In this document: positions 16,682 to 25,921 of the stretch, in pieces
Layout: each line of letters opens with the position of its first letter
Numbering within the stretch: position 1 is the first letter of the stretch
From: Promethearchaeota archaeon
GTDB lineage: Archaea > Asgardarchaeota > Lokiarchaeia > Sigyniarchaeales > SOKP01
NCBI GenBank assembly: GCA_011364925.1
Contig: RDOA01000012.1
Location: 18,254 to 82,253, forward strand
Length of the DNA: 64,000 nucleotides
Direction: 5' to 3'
Translations under genes and position numbers: made by a program
Notes under the pieces: model-generated
What the model saw: the letters and a program-made list of their open reading frames with translations, nothing else
Told to the model about the DNA's origin: nothing
The model's database searches: none

Positions 16682-18559
16682 CTAACGATTCCTTGTATCT
16701 TGAAGAAAATTTAAAATGTAGCGCTGAGCTATCAAATCTGAACTAATCTTGCCCAAAACCTTACCCTCTTGAACAACGGGCATAGCTGAGATCTGATATT
16801 GTTCGAATTCCCTTACGATATCTAAAATATTGAAATCTGGAGCGGCGGTGACTACTTTTTTTGTCATAATTTTAGTGACAATTCCATCACAAAATCCTTC
16901 CGCGGAAGCCTTTGTTATATCCCAATCTGTAACCACACCAACTAATTTATCATCTGAGATGACAGCAATTATCCCACTATTATTATCTATCATGGATTTA
17001 GCTGCATCTTGAATTGTACTACTTGAATCTATCATTGGTATGGTAACCATTATATCCTTAACTGTAAGTTCACTTTCTTTAGCGTTAAGTCGTTGAAGAC
17101 TTATTCGCTCAGCAGCTTGAGACGGTAAAATGTCTTGGTGTGTAGTTAAAATATCAATTAATTCAATCATATTATTACGAATTACATTTTCGCGATACTC
17201 TACACCGGCTTCTAGGCGGTTTTTCGAGAGTTTTCTGAATTTGGCAGAATTATTTTGTAGCCATCTTTCCACAGCTTCCTTATTTCCAAGAATCTCTGGC
17301 GGAAATTGAACTTCCTCTGGCGATTTAACAATGTGTTCTTGAGCAGCAAAAATTACTCCTCCAGAATTAACCAAATAATCGTTGGCTATCATTACTCCCT
17401 TTTCACGATAGACTATCTGTTCCATTCGTGTTCTAGCAGCTTTTCTGTTTGGATCTGGAGAATAAGTATTTGCTCCTTCTATGATAACCTTCCAATTGCC
17501 CATATGCTCAACTAGCATGGATGCATTATCTGAGGGCCTTACTCCTAAATAATTAAATATCGGGGCTGCAGGTACAAAACAAAAAGCATTTTCACGTAGT
17601 AGATCATTTGCATTTGTAGAGAACTTTGTTGGATGTTTATATCCTTCAGCGATTATGTTATTTTCAAAGTAGGTTTGCGTTGCCATTTTTTTATTCTCCC
17701 AAAACTCAAATAATTCTTCAGTTGGAAGACCTGCAAAATTATAAAGATACCCTTCTAGGTCGCTTATACCTATTACTCTGGCGTTAGGAATTCGCTCTTT
17801 AAGTATTCGTGTAGCGTGAGCACCAACCGCACCAAATCCTTGTATCAAAATAGTTAATTCTTGATTAGCTGGAATTTCTAAATTTTCGAATTGTGGAAGT
17901 ACTCTCATTCGGGGAAGTATTTCCAGTAGAGTTTGTAATGCTATGATAACCCCTCCAGCAGCAGCTCCGAGTTCATCGATTCTATTTCCACCCATATCTG
18001 CGGGTTTAGAAACAGCGCTATCAAGACCGTTTTCCATCGCTATTAATTTCATATCGGCATCATTGGTACCAACATCAGGTCCAGGTACGTAAATTTCTTT
18101 ATATCTGCGAATTAATCGCGCAAATCCTCTTACTATCTCTTCATGAATATCATCAGGTAAATTTCTTTCTGCCACTATCCCCGATTTTCCACCCCCATAA
18201 GGAAGATTCGCAGCCGCATTCTTTAATGTCATTCCCCTTGCTAGATTTTGGATATCTGAAGGTTTAATATCGGGGAGCATTCTTATACCCCCCATTGACG
18301 GAGAACCCATACTTAGGTTATCTACCACAAGGTATCCTCCAATTTCTAATTCGGAATTCTCGTCCCAAACGCAAGCTACAATTTGCGGTCCCAATTCATC
18401 CCTTACGATCCCTAATCGAGATAATAAATGTTCGTCAAGGTTGCTGAACTCTAAATAACATTTTCCATCTTCTTTTTTAAGACGTGTTAACAACATCGCT
18501 TCAGGAAGGTGAGATTTAAGAAAAATTTCCATTTCTTTAGGTATCATGATTGATCTCAC
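16682..18559 (-). CDS. Glu/Leu/Phe/Val dehydrogenase fused to C-terminal CBS pair
   Basis: GGIRM, MTLKNAAANLPYGGGKSGI, PGPDVGT, IQGFGAVG, EGAN, NSGGVI; VKDIM...VGVVTDWDI CBS repeats. Confidence 0.88.
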   Translation of the reverse strand: MRSIMIPKEMEIFLKSHLPEAMLLTRLKKEDGKCYLEFSNLDEHLLSRLGIVRDELGPQIVACVWDENSELEIGGYLVVDNLSMGSPSMGGIRMLPDIKPSDIQNLARGMTLKNAAANLPYGGGKSGIVAERNLPDDIHEEIVRGFARLIRRYKEIYVPGPDVGTNDADMKLIAMENGLDSAVSKPADMGGNRIDELGAAAGGVIIALQTLLEILPRMRVLPQFENLEIPANQELTILIQGFGAVGAHATRILKERIPNARVIGISDLEGYLYNFAGLPTEELFEFWENKKMATQTYFENNIIAEGYKHPTKFSTNANDLLRENAFCFVPAAPIFNYLGVRPSDNASMLVEHMGNWKVIIEGANTYSPDPNRKAARTRMEQIVYREKGVMIANDYLVNSGGVIFAAQEHIVKSPEEVQFPPEILGNKEAVERWLQNNSAKFRKLSKNRLEAGVEYRENVIRNNMIELIDILTTHQDILPSQAAERISLQRLNAKESELTVKDIMVTIPMIDSSSTIQDAAKSMIDNNSGIIAVISDDKLVGVVTDWDITKASAEGFCDGIVTKIMTKKVVTAAPDFNILDIVREFEQYQISAMPVVQEGKVLGKISSDLIAQRYILNFLQDTRNR

Positions 18560-18654
18560 AAAATGCTTATTACATCTTCATATATGATTTATTATAATTT
18601 AAAATTGTTTTAACATTTTTAATTAATTAAAATTACTATTAATAAATCCTTATT

Positions 18655-20508
18655 ATGACTCAGAAAGACAAAAAACTTCTACTTATAGGTATCGATCAGG
18701 CAATTCCTTATCTAATTAATAAGTTCATCAAGGAGAACGCAATTCCAAACATAGCTAGATTATGTGAGAATGGTGTATTAGCAGAGGCATATTCTTGTGC
18801 CCCTTGTGATACTCCTACTAACTGGACTACAATTGCTACTGGAGCCAAAACAGCGACTCATGGTGTCACGAGTTTTTATTTGCACTTACAAGGTGAACCT
18901 TTAGATTTAGGCGCAAAGTTAAGGTCGCGAACTCAATTATCTCGATACTGCCAAGCAGAATTTATATGGGATGTTGCTGAAAAAAGAGGTCTAGTCCCGT
19001 TTATAATCAATTATCCCTCTGGATGGCCTGGTAATTTTAAAAAAGGGGCTATGAGTCTATACACTTGGAGAACACCCGAATCGTATCAGAGGATGGTAAG
19101 TCCCTCGAAATCGTATAAATTCACTATGAAAGCTACAAAGAATACACTCAGTGGAAGTGGGGATGAAGATTTAATAAAACTAGTTTTGATAATTAAAGGG
19201 AAAAGTATCGTTAGTCCACACACTGAGAAAATTATACTTTCGATTAACAGCGCAGGTGATATATCATTGATCATAAATGGAGTGCAAGAATTTATAAAAG
19301 AAATGGAATGGAGTAGCTGGATGAAAATAAGGATAAATACCACTAATGGGATTTTACCATGTTTTTATAGGATAATGATCGTTGGCTTTAATGATGAAAT
19401 TGTTACAATTAAACGCTCGACAGTGTATAATGCAAAAGGATGGACAAATCCTGAGTCTTTCGGAGAAGAATTAATTAAAAATGTATTTGAGTACGATTTT
19501 CCTCACGAGCACGAAGTCGAATTTATGACTAAGGAAAAGATAAGTTCTTATTTGGTATCGGCGCGAAATGAGGCCTTAATGCTTGCTGAAGCGATTAAAT
19601 ACGCCAAACGATCGTTAAATTGGGATGTGTGTTATTTTCATTATCATCCTTTAGATACTATAAATCACGAATCCCTTGCTTATATGCATAAAGAATCCCC
19701 TTTTTATACCGAAGTAAAAGCTAAAAAAACTTTCAATACTGTAGAAACAGCTTATAAAATAGTGGACGAGTTAGTCGGAAACCTGATCAATCATTGCATA
19801 GAAAAAGATACGACTGTTGTATTTATTTCGGATCATGGTGCTATTCCAACTTGGAAAACAATAAACATTCCTTCATTTTTTATGAAATCAGGTTTAACTA
19901 AATACAACTGGAATGAATCTGAGAAAAAGTACGTAATAGATTGGAAAGAATCAATTGCATTTCCCTATATGGAACCTCCATTTGTTTGGGTTAACCTTAA
20001 GGGTAGAGATCCACATGGAGTTGTAAAAAGCTCAGAATATGAAGATGTAAGAGATTCAATTATTGAAACACTTTATAGCTTAAAGGATCCTAACACTAAT
20101 GAAGGAGTTATCGAGCAAGCTTTAAGAAAAGAAGAAGCGAGTAATCTTGGATTGAACGGAGAGAGGATTGGAGATGTGGTGTATTTTCTCAAACCTCCAT
20201 ATGGAATTTTCGATGGAAATTTAGGAACGCTCGATGCAAGTAGTATGACAAAAAGTGAGTATAATAAATCAGACATAGATATGTCTCGCTCTTTTTTTGG
20301 AGCTCATGCGTATTATCTCCCCACTACCCGATTTGGCAATTATTCGATTTCTGTACCGTTTATAATAAGTGGTCCAGGAATTAAAAAAGGTATTAAACTA
20401 GATAATATCGTAAATCTGGTTGATGTTGTTCCTACCCTCTCCCATTTGCTAAATATCCCCGAGCCTAAAAATTCAGAAGGTTGCATTTTATATGAAATAA
20501 TGGAGTAG
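18655..20508 (+). CDS. alkaline phosphatase superfamily / type I phosphodiesterase
   Basis: LIGIDQ, TPTNWTTIATG, D..NH, SDHG, VNLKGRDP.G, VDVVPT. Confidence 0.85.
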   Translation: MTQKDKKLLLIGIDQAIPYLINKFIKENAIPNIARLCENGVLAEAYSCAPCDTPTNWTTIATGAKTATHGVTSFYLHLQGEPLDLGAKLRSRTQLSRYCQAEFIWDVAEKRGLVPFIINYPSGWPGNFKKGAMSLYTWRTPESYQRMVSPSKSYKFTMKATKNTLSGSGDEDLIKLVLIIKGKSIVSPHTEKIILSINSAGDISLIINGVQEFIKEMEWSSWMKIRINTTNGILPCFYRIMIVGFNDEIVTIKRSTVYNAKGWTNPESFGEELIKNVFEYDFPHEHEVEFMTKEKISSYLVSARNEALMLAEAIKYAKRSLNWDVCYFHYHPLDTINHESLAYMHKESPFYTEVKAKKTFNTVETAYKIVDELVGNLINHCIEKDTTVVFISDHGAIPTWKTINIPSFFMKSGLTKYNWNESEKKYVIDWKESIAFPYMEPPFVWVNLKGRDPHGVVKSSEYEDVRDSIIETLYSLKDPNTNEGVIEQALRKEEASNLGLNGERIGDVVYFLKPPYGIFDGNLGTLDASSMTKSEYNKSDIDMSRSFFGAHAYYLPTTRFGNYSISVPFIISGPGIKKGIKLDNIVNLVDVVPTLSHLLNIPEPKNSEGCILYEIME

Positions 20509-20573
20509 GTAAATAATTTTCTTTAAATTTTAATCATGATTTTACTATTAAACCAATTCAAAGTGGGTTAAGA

Positions 20574-20864
20574 ATGATAACGATAATTGCTACACTTCAA
20601 GTTAAACCAGGAAAAATGGTTGAAGCCATTGAAGTTCTAAAAGAAATGGCTGCAAACATTAAATCTTCAGAACCAGGAACGTTGCAATACATCCCCCATA
20701 CTGTAAAGGGAGAAGGACTCGAGAACACTATAATTTTCTACGAGAAATATGAAAATGAAGAAGCTTTTCAAGTTCATAGTAAAAATCTAAGAATAACGGC
20801 AGCTAACTTGGCTCCTTTGTTAGCTCCTGGAAGAGATATTAAATCATGTTTTGAAATTAAATAA
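20574..20864 (+). CDS. antibiotic biosynthesis monooxygenase (ABM) family protein
   Basis: IIATLQVKPGK, EPGTLQY, FYEKYENEEAF..H. Confidence 0.85.
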   Translation: MITIIATLQVKPGKMVEAIEVLKEMAANIKSSEPGTLQYIPHTVKGEGLENTIIFYEKYENEEAFQVHSKNLRITAANLAPLLAPGRDIKSCFEIK

Positions 20865-20872
20865 CTTTTTTT

Positions 20873-22447
20873 TTATTTATCCTGGATATATGGTTTTCCA
20901 GAAAACAAACAGAATTCTGCTTTCTTTAATTCACGTCCTAAATAATTTATATGTTGTAAGTTTGTAGTCAATTTTAGTTCGAGAACTTTTTTGCTAAGTG
21001 CTTCAGCGTTGCTCCCTATTAGAGTTTTGAGAAGTATATCGTTATTAGAAAAAAATAAAATGTAAATCTCTTTAGAGTAGTGGTTCACATAAAGTTTAAA
21101 ATAACCATTTTTATCGGGTGAATATTCTGGATCGTAATCCTTTACGGTAATTGCTTCAGATGTATCAAGAATGGGAATAATTTGACTAGTTTTGCCTTTT
21201 GCTTTGAAAACACTAATTCCATGATTTATTGGAGGAGATTTTTTATGTTTTGAAATGTAATTAAGCTTTACACTCTCTTTGAGCTCTCTTACTCCTCCTA
21301 TTAATTTAGTACTGTGTTCAACTGTAAATAAAATCCCCATATCTAATTCAATAGCTATGCTTGCTAATAATCCGTTGATCCCAACCGAATCAATATCCAT
21401 AAGTTCTACTACATTAGATATCCCAAAAAAAAGTGGTGATTTTAAATTCATATTCATTTCTTTTGAAACTTGTTTTTTATAGAGAAAATATGCTTCTAGA
21501 GAGTTACAAATTCCAGGAGTAATAGGCGTTTCTAATAGAGGATCAGCAATTAATTTTTTAAAACCTTGTCGTCGTAATTCTTGAGTTAATTTAAACAGAT
21601 TTTTAACTCTTATCTCAGGTTCTTTAGGAAAGTAAGCTGCTTTAATGTTCGTAGGTAATATAACAATAGGGATATCTTTAGGGAGACTCAGAAAGTTTTT
21701 ATAGTTTCCAATGTCTAAACTTAAGATTAAATCTATTCCTTCGTCTGCAGCAGCAAGAATTTCGTCTTTATCCATTGAATCAATACTAATTAGAACATTA
21801 AAATTATCTCGAATGAGTCGAACTATTTCCTTTACTCTATCTGGATAAGACTTGTTTGCAACGCATCCAATATCAACAATATCCGCACCTGATTTAATAT
21901 AATGGTCTACTTTTCTAAGGATTGCGTCGTTGCTTTTTTCTGGACAATTGACAATTTCAGCAATAATTGGGGGTGGAAGATCGTTTCCAATCATTATTTT
22001 AGAGGTTTTTTCGTTTATAAAAAAAGTATGGTAACCAATATTTTCTTTCGCGGTTTTAATTTTCTTTTTAACGATTTCTTCATAATCTCGCTCACCAGAA
22101 CTCTCAAATACTTTATTTGCGGGAGTTTTATTTGATAATTTAACACTATCAATATTGTTTAAAATCCAAGGGAGATCAGATGCAAATTCAGGACCTTTTT
22201 TTATTTCAACTGAGTTTTCTTCTTCTAATTTGGTAGTGTCCCATTGTATGAAACCGGGAAGTAATACTAAATCAAATCTGGTGGGATCTGTACTTTTAAG
22301 TAAGTCACTAACCATACTTTCAGTTAAAAAAGCAGATATAGTTATGGGAGCTTTAAGAATTTCAATCTTATGTTGTGTAATCGGTGTTGTGATTCCTATA
22401 ATGATAGGATAGCTACTTTTGCCTGTAATTATTAAAATTCTCTTAAT
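20873..22447 (-). CDS. dihydropteroate synthase-like protein (TIGR00284-like, C-terminal DUF4346)
   Basis: IIAEI, GADIVDIG, ISIDS, IADP, SNVVELMDIDSVG, H..YLGREL.KAE; frame stays open 44 codons upstream of ATG 22315 and reads (I)KRILIITGK. Confidence 0.85.
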   Translation of the reverse strand: MKRILIITGKSSYPIIIGITTPITQHKIEILKAPITISAFLTESMVSDLLKSTDPTRFDLVLLPGFIQWDTTKLEEENSVEIKKGPEFASDLPWILNNIDSVKLSNKTPANKVFESSGERDYEEIVKKKIKTAKENIGYHTFFINEKTSKIMIGNDLPPPIIAEIVNCPEKSNDAILRKVDHYIKSGADIVDIGCVANKSYPDRVKEIVRLIRDNFNVLISIDSMDKDEILAAADEGIDLILSLDIGNYKNFLSLPKDIPIVILPTNIKAAYFPKEPEIRVKNLFKLTQELRRQGFKKLIADPLLETPITPGICNSLEAYFLYKKQVSKEMNMNLKSPLFFGISNVVELMDIDSVGINGLLASIAIELDMGILFTVEHSTKLIGGVRELKESVKLNYISKHKKSPPINHGISVFKAKGKTSQIIPILDTSEAITVKDYDPEYSPDKNGYFKLYVNHYSKEIYILFFSNNDILLKTLIGSNAEALSKKVLELKLTTNLQHINYLGRELKKAEFCLFSGKPYIQDK

Positions 22448-23536
22448 TTAAATCACTCCATAATCATTTTTATCAAACGGAATATATATATCGTCAAGAA
22501 TTGTACCTTTAGCCTCCTTAATTTTTAAATTATTAATTATAGGTTCAAATTCGCCCCCCAATAAACCATTTGCTATGAAAGCAGCGCCTTGAGCAGCATG
22601 TTTCGAAGTTTTACCGAAAGATCTCATAAGTCTAACAGGGTATAAATCTTCTAACCTATCATGAATAATTTCTTTAAGATACTGTAATTCTGACGATCTT
22701 CCAGCTAACATTATTTCCATTATTTTATTTTTATTGGAATACGATGAACTAATTGATAAAATTGCTTTAATCAATTCTGATAAGTAAGCATTAAGAGCCA
22801 AGTTAGTTTGTGAATCTCTTTTAGCACGGGATATGATTTCATTTAGCGATAAATTTAATTGACCTGCAATGAAAGATAATCCACCACTATAAATGACCTT
22901 TTTGTTAATCTTTTTGAGTAAATACGCAAGTTCTCCATCAAGACTTCCACAAGCTCGTAATCCCATAATGTTAGAGCCTCCAATTCCATCAATCACTTGT
23001 CCGTTTTCAATAGCTAAGATCGATGTAAAACCGTATCCAATTTCAATCATGATAAAATTAGAATTGTTAGGACTAATATCTAACCTTTCTACTTGATCTC
23101 TTATTCCTGTAACAGCTGTGCATAGCTTATCTGCCGTTCCCATATCAATCTTATTTATTTTACGATACCTAGGAATGGTAGGTAAATGCTTAATACCGGG
23201 AATGACAACACTAGGAATTTTTTCCGCTCTAATTAATCGAAGAATTTCACCTAACCCAATTAATTTATTCTTCTCCCTACCACCGAATTTTAAAAGGATT
23301 AGAAATACATCTTCTTCCGTTATCTCGGAAACTTTTTTTAAGGGTAATCCAAATCCGCTTGGAGCTACAAGTAAATCAATATTATCCACTGATTTTATTA
23401 TTTTTAAAGCTTTACTCGGGTCTTCTATTAATTCTTTTGAAGGAATAGAGGTATCTAAGATAATTTCTTTGTTTGCTATTCCAAAAAAATCCCACGATTT
23501 AGATCCTGGATCTACTCCAATTACCCGAAACAACAA
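22448..23536 (-). CDS. DUF1464 family (ASKHA / butyrate kinase-like) protein
   Basis: VIGVDPGSKSWD, APSGFG, PG..HLPTIP.YRK.NKIDMGTADK, DGIGG, DGELAY. Confidence 0.8.
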   Translation of the reverse strand: MLFRVIGVDPGSKSWDFFGIANKEIILDTSIPSKELIEDPSKALKIIKSVDNIDLLVAPSGFGLPLKKVSEITEEDVFLILLKFGGREKNKLIGLGEILRLIRAEKIPSVVIPGIKHLPTIPRYRKINKIDMGTADKLCTAVTGIRDQVERLDISPNNSNFIMIEIGYGFTSILAIENGQVIDGIGGSNIMGLRACGSLDGELAYLLKKINKKVIYSGGLSFIAGQLNLSLNEIISRAKRDSQTNLALNAYLSELIKAILSISSSYSNKNKIMEIMLAGRSSELQYLKEIIHDRLEDLYPVRLMRSFGKTSKHAAQGAAFIANGLLGGEFEPIINNLKIKEAKGTILDDIYIPFDKNDYGVI

Positions 23537-23670
23537 AAATCAAGTTCTATTTAATTTACTAATATTCAAAGTTCAATATTTCTTTTTATTTTTGGTATTT
23601 ATTCTAAAGTATTAAAAGAATTTGGATATATTCTTACCTATACCACAGTAAAATATAATAATCGTGTTTA

Positions 23671-24420
23671 ATGTCCTCTAACTTTCAAATAGATATCACA
23701 TCTATAGGTTTAAAAGCGAATTACTTATACGAAATCTTAGCCACTACATTTTCGATAGAAAATAACCAAATAATTCCTAATACTGCAAGTATGGGTATTA
23801 GGTTGGTAGATAAGCAAACTATAACTATTTGGCCTTATCAAAATACAACTACTTATAAGAATATAGAAAACAACAAACTTCTCGTAATAAACCTTGTTGA
23901 TGATGTGTATCTATATGCAATTGCGTCTTTAAAAAATTATTTCGTCCCTAAAGTTAATAGAGGTTTGACAGAAGATTATTATAATTATTCTACTATTATT
24001 GTTGAAGATAAGGATAAGGACATAGTTAAGAAAGTTATGTCGATAGATTCTATTCACATTCCTTATTTAAAACAAGCGTGGGCTATTATTGCTTGTGTAA
24101 CAACCAACAAGGTTAAAATCCAAAAATTCGATGATTTAGGCAAATCAGAGGTAATTGAAATTAGTTTAAAGGTAATTCATTACGAACAATTCCGAGAATC
24201 TTATAAATTATATAACAGAGCCGAGAATTTGGCTTTGGAAACTATAATTTTAGCTACTAAATTAAATGTTGCCATAGAAAAAAAAGACGAGGTCTTAATT
24301 GGAACTATTAAAACCAAAATAGAAGAGAATACCAGTAATATAAACAGATTTGGAAAAAATTTGAGTGCCTTGAAGGCGATTGAGCTTGTTCACAATTACA
24401 TAAAAGGATTCGGAGTCTAG
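23671..24420 (+). CDS. DUF447 family protein
   Basis: YEILATT, PNTASMG, TTTYKNI, NRA...LE..I.AT; methanopterin gene context. Confidence 0.7.
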   Translation: MSSNFQIDITSIGLKANYLYEILATTFSIENNQIIPNTASMGIRLVDKQTITIWPYQNTTTYKNIENNKLLVINLVDDVYLYAIASLKNYFVPKVNRGLTEDYYNYSTIIVEDKDKDIVKKVMSIDSIHIPYLKQAWAIIACVTTNKVKIQKFDDLGKSEVIEISLKVIHYEQFRESYKLYNRAENLALETIILATKLNVAIEKKDEVLIGTIKTKIEENTSNINRFGKNLSALKAIELVHNYIKGFGV

Positions 24421-24812
24421 CTTATATTGCTTATTTTTTCAATGAACATCAAGGGATAGTTAAGTTCTTCGACCCACTCTACTTTTGCGGTTATTTGAAC
24501 ATTTTTAAACTCAAGAACGACTATCGCGGATATTAAATTTCCAGAGATTTCGTCATAATCAAATTCACTCTCTTTTTTACCCTTAATTCTGTCCCAATCG
24601 AGATTGATTTTAACCGATTTCACGTAAGGTTGACATGAGATTGACGCTTCGATACCTTTTTCTATTGATTCAACAATTTCTCTATTCGATGAGATTGGTA
24701 GCCCACTTAAAATGTGATAAAGAGCTCCTAATTTTATACCAACTTCAAAACAGGCTCGTTCTCTATCGGATATATCAGAAGAAAAATAAGAGTTTTCATT
24801 TCCTTTCGACAT
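24417..24812 (-). CDS. mptD: archaeal dihydroneopterin aldolase
   Basis: SDRERACFEVGIKLGALYH, QPYV, ELNYPLM. Confidence 0.85.
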   Translation of the reverse strand: MSKGNENSYFSSDISDRERACFEVGIKLGALYHILSGLPISSNREIVESIEKGIEASISCQPYVKSVKINLDWDRIKGKKESEFDYDEISGNLISAIVVLEFKNVQITAKVEWVEELNYPLMFIEKISNIS

Positions 24813-25828
24813 TAATTCTCATCTACAAATTCAATTTTTGCTCCATCATTATTTGGCTTGCATAAGTAGATATGTCCACTTCTACCGTTAAAGTGCATCT
24901 GAACATCTCTTAGAAGTTTATTTGCCTCCTCTTCAGATTCGACAATCCCAACTACACTTGGACCAAAAGAAGACATACCATACGCTTTTACTCCATATTC
25001 TTTAAAGAAAGCGAGAGCGTTTTTTACGATTTCATGCTGTAAAGAAATCTCAATTTTTTTGAATCCTATGTTCTGTATTCTATTTAAACCTTCACCAAAG
25101 CATTTTAAATCCTTTTTAATGATTCCTGGTACAATTTTCATTAGAATTTGGTGCGAAACTTCATTAACTTCTTCTTTTGGGATGGGAGCATGACTTTGAA
25201 ATATACTAATTTCTTCGTCACCATACGCTCCCTTCTTAACATTAGGTATTACTAGTACGAATCTCCAATGCTCTGGAATAGGATATCTTAAGATTGTAAG
25301 GGCAGGATTAGCTTCTTTTGACGCTGAGGAAGGTAAAAATGTTTCCTTTTCTTTTCCAAACCCGAATTCATGACCCGCATCGACTATAAAACCACCTCTT
25401 TCGAATCCCCTCCAACCAATGCCTGAAGTTCCACCTCGATTAACAAGTTTGGTTAAATCTATAATTGAGACATCATCAATCTTTTTCAATTTAGTAATCG
25501 CTACAGCAATAGCCAAGGATAGTTGAGTTTTTGATCCTAATCCTACATGGCTTGGAAAATATCTTTTAAGGTTAAAGTGAAAGTTTTTATTATTTACATT
25601 GAATGCTTTAAATATTTTCGACGCTTGTTCATTAATTACTTCGATTGATTCGCGGTAATACTTATGAGCTTCAATCTTAAATTCTTCTGCATGGTTTGTT
25701 GCTTCAAAGATGACATTTGGTCGATCTAGCATTAGACCAATTCCACCATCGACTCTACCGGTGTATCCGTTTTCATCTATTAATGATAAATGGATTCTAC
25801 ATGGTGTTGTAATTCTAATTTTTACCAT
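24812..25828 (-). CDS. mptG: beta-ribofuranosylaminobenzene 5'-phosphate synthase (GHMP family)
   Basis: PCRIHLSLID, GRVDGGIG, HVGLGSKTQ, RGGTSGIG, GGFIVDAGH, GMSSFGP; ATG at 25828. Confidence 0.9.
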   Translation of the reverse strand: MVKIRITTPCRIHLSLIDENGYTGRVDGGIGLMLDRPNVIFEATNHAEEFKIEAHKYYRESIEVINEQASKIFKAFNVNNKNFHFNLKRYFPSHVGLGSKTQLSLAIAVAITKLKKIDDVSIIDLTKLVNRGGTSGIGWRGFERGGFIVDAGHEFGFGKEKETFLPSSASKEANPALTILRYPIPEHWRFVLVIPNVKKGAYGDEEISIFQSHAPIPKEEVNEVSHQILMKIVPGIIKKDLKCFGEGLNRIQNIGFKKIEISLQHEIVKNALAFFKEYGVKAYGMSSFGPSVVGIVESEEEANKLLRDVQMHFNGRSGHIYLCKPNNDGAKIEFVDEN

Positions 25829-25921
25829 TTCAAACGAAGAATTATATAAATTCAGAACTATGAATAGGAATTCTTTCAATAATTTAAATGTGTTATAATT
25901 ATCAATTCCGAATTTATAGCT

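Noticed and set aside
23118-23615. 165-aa plus-strand ORF and the many other short antisense ORFs in the track
   Set aside because: They are shadows of well-supported genes on the opposite strand and carry no motifs
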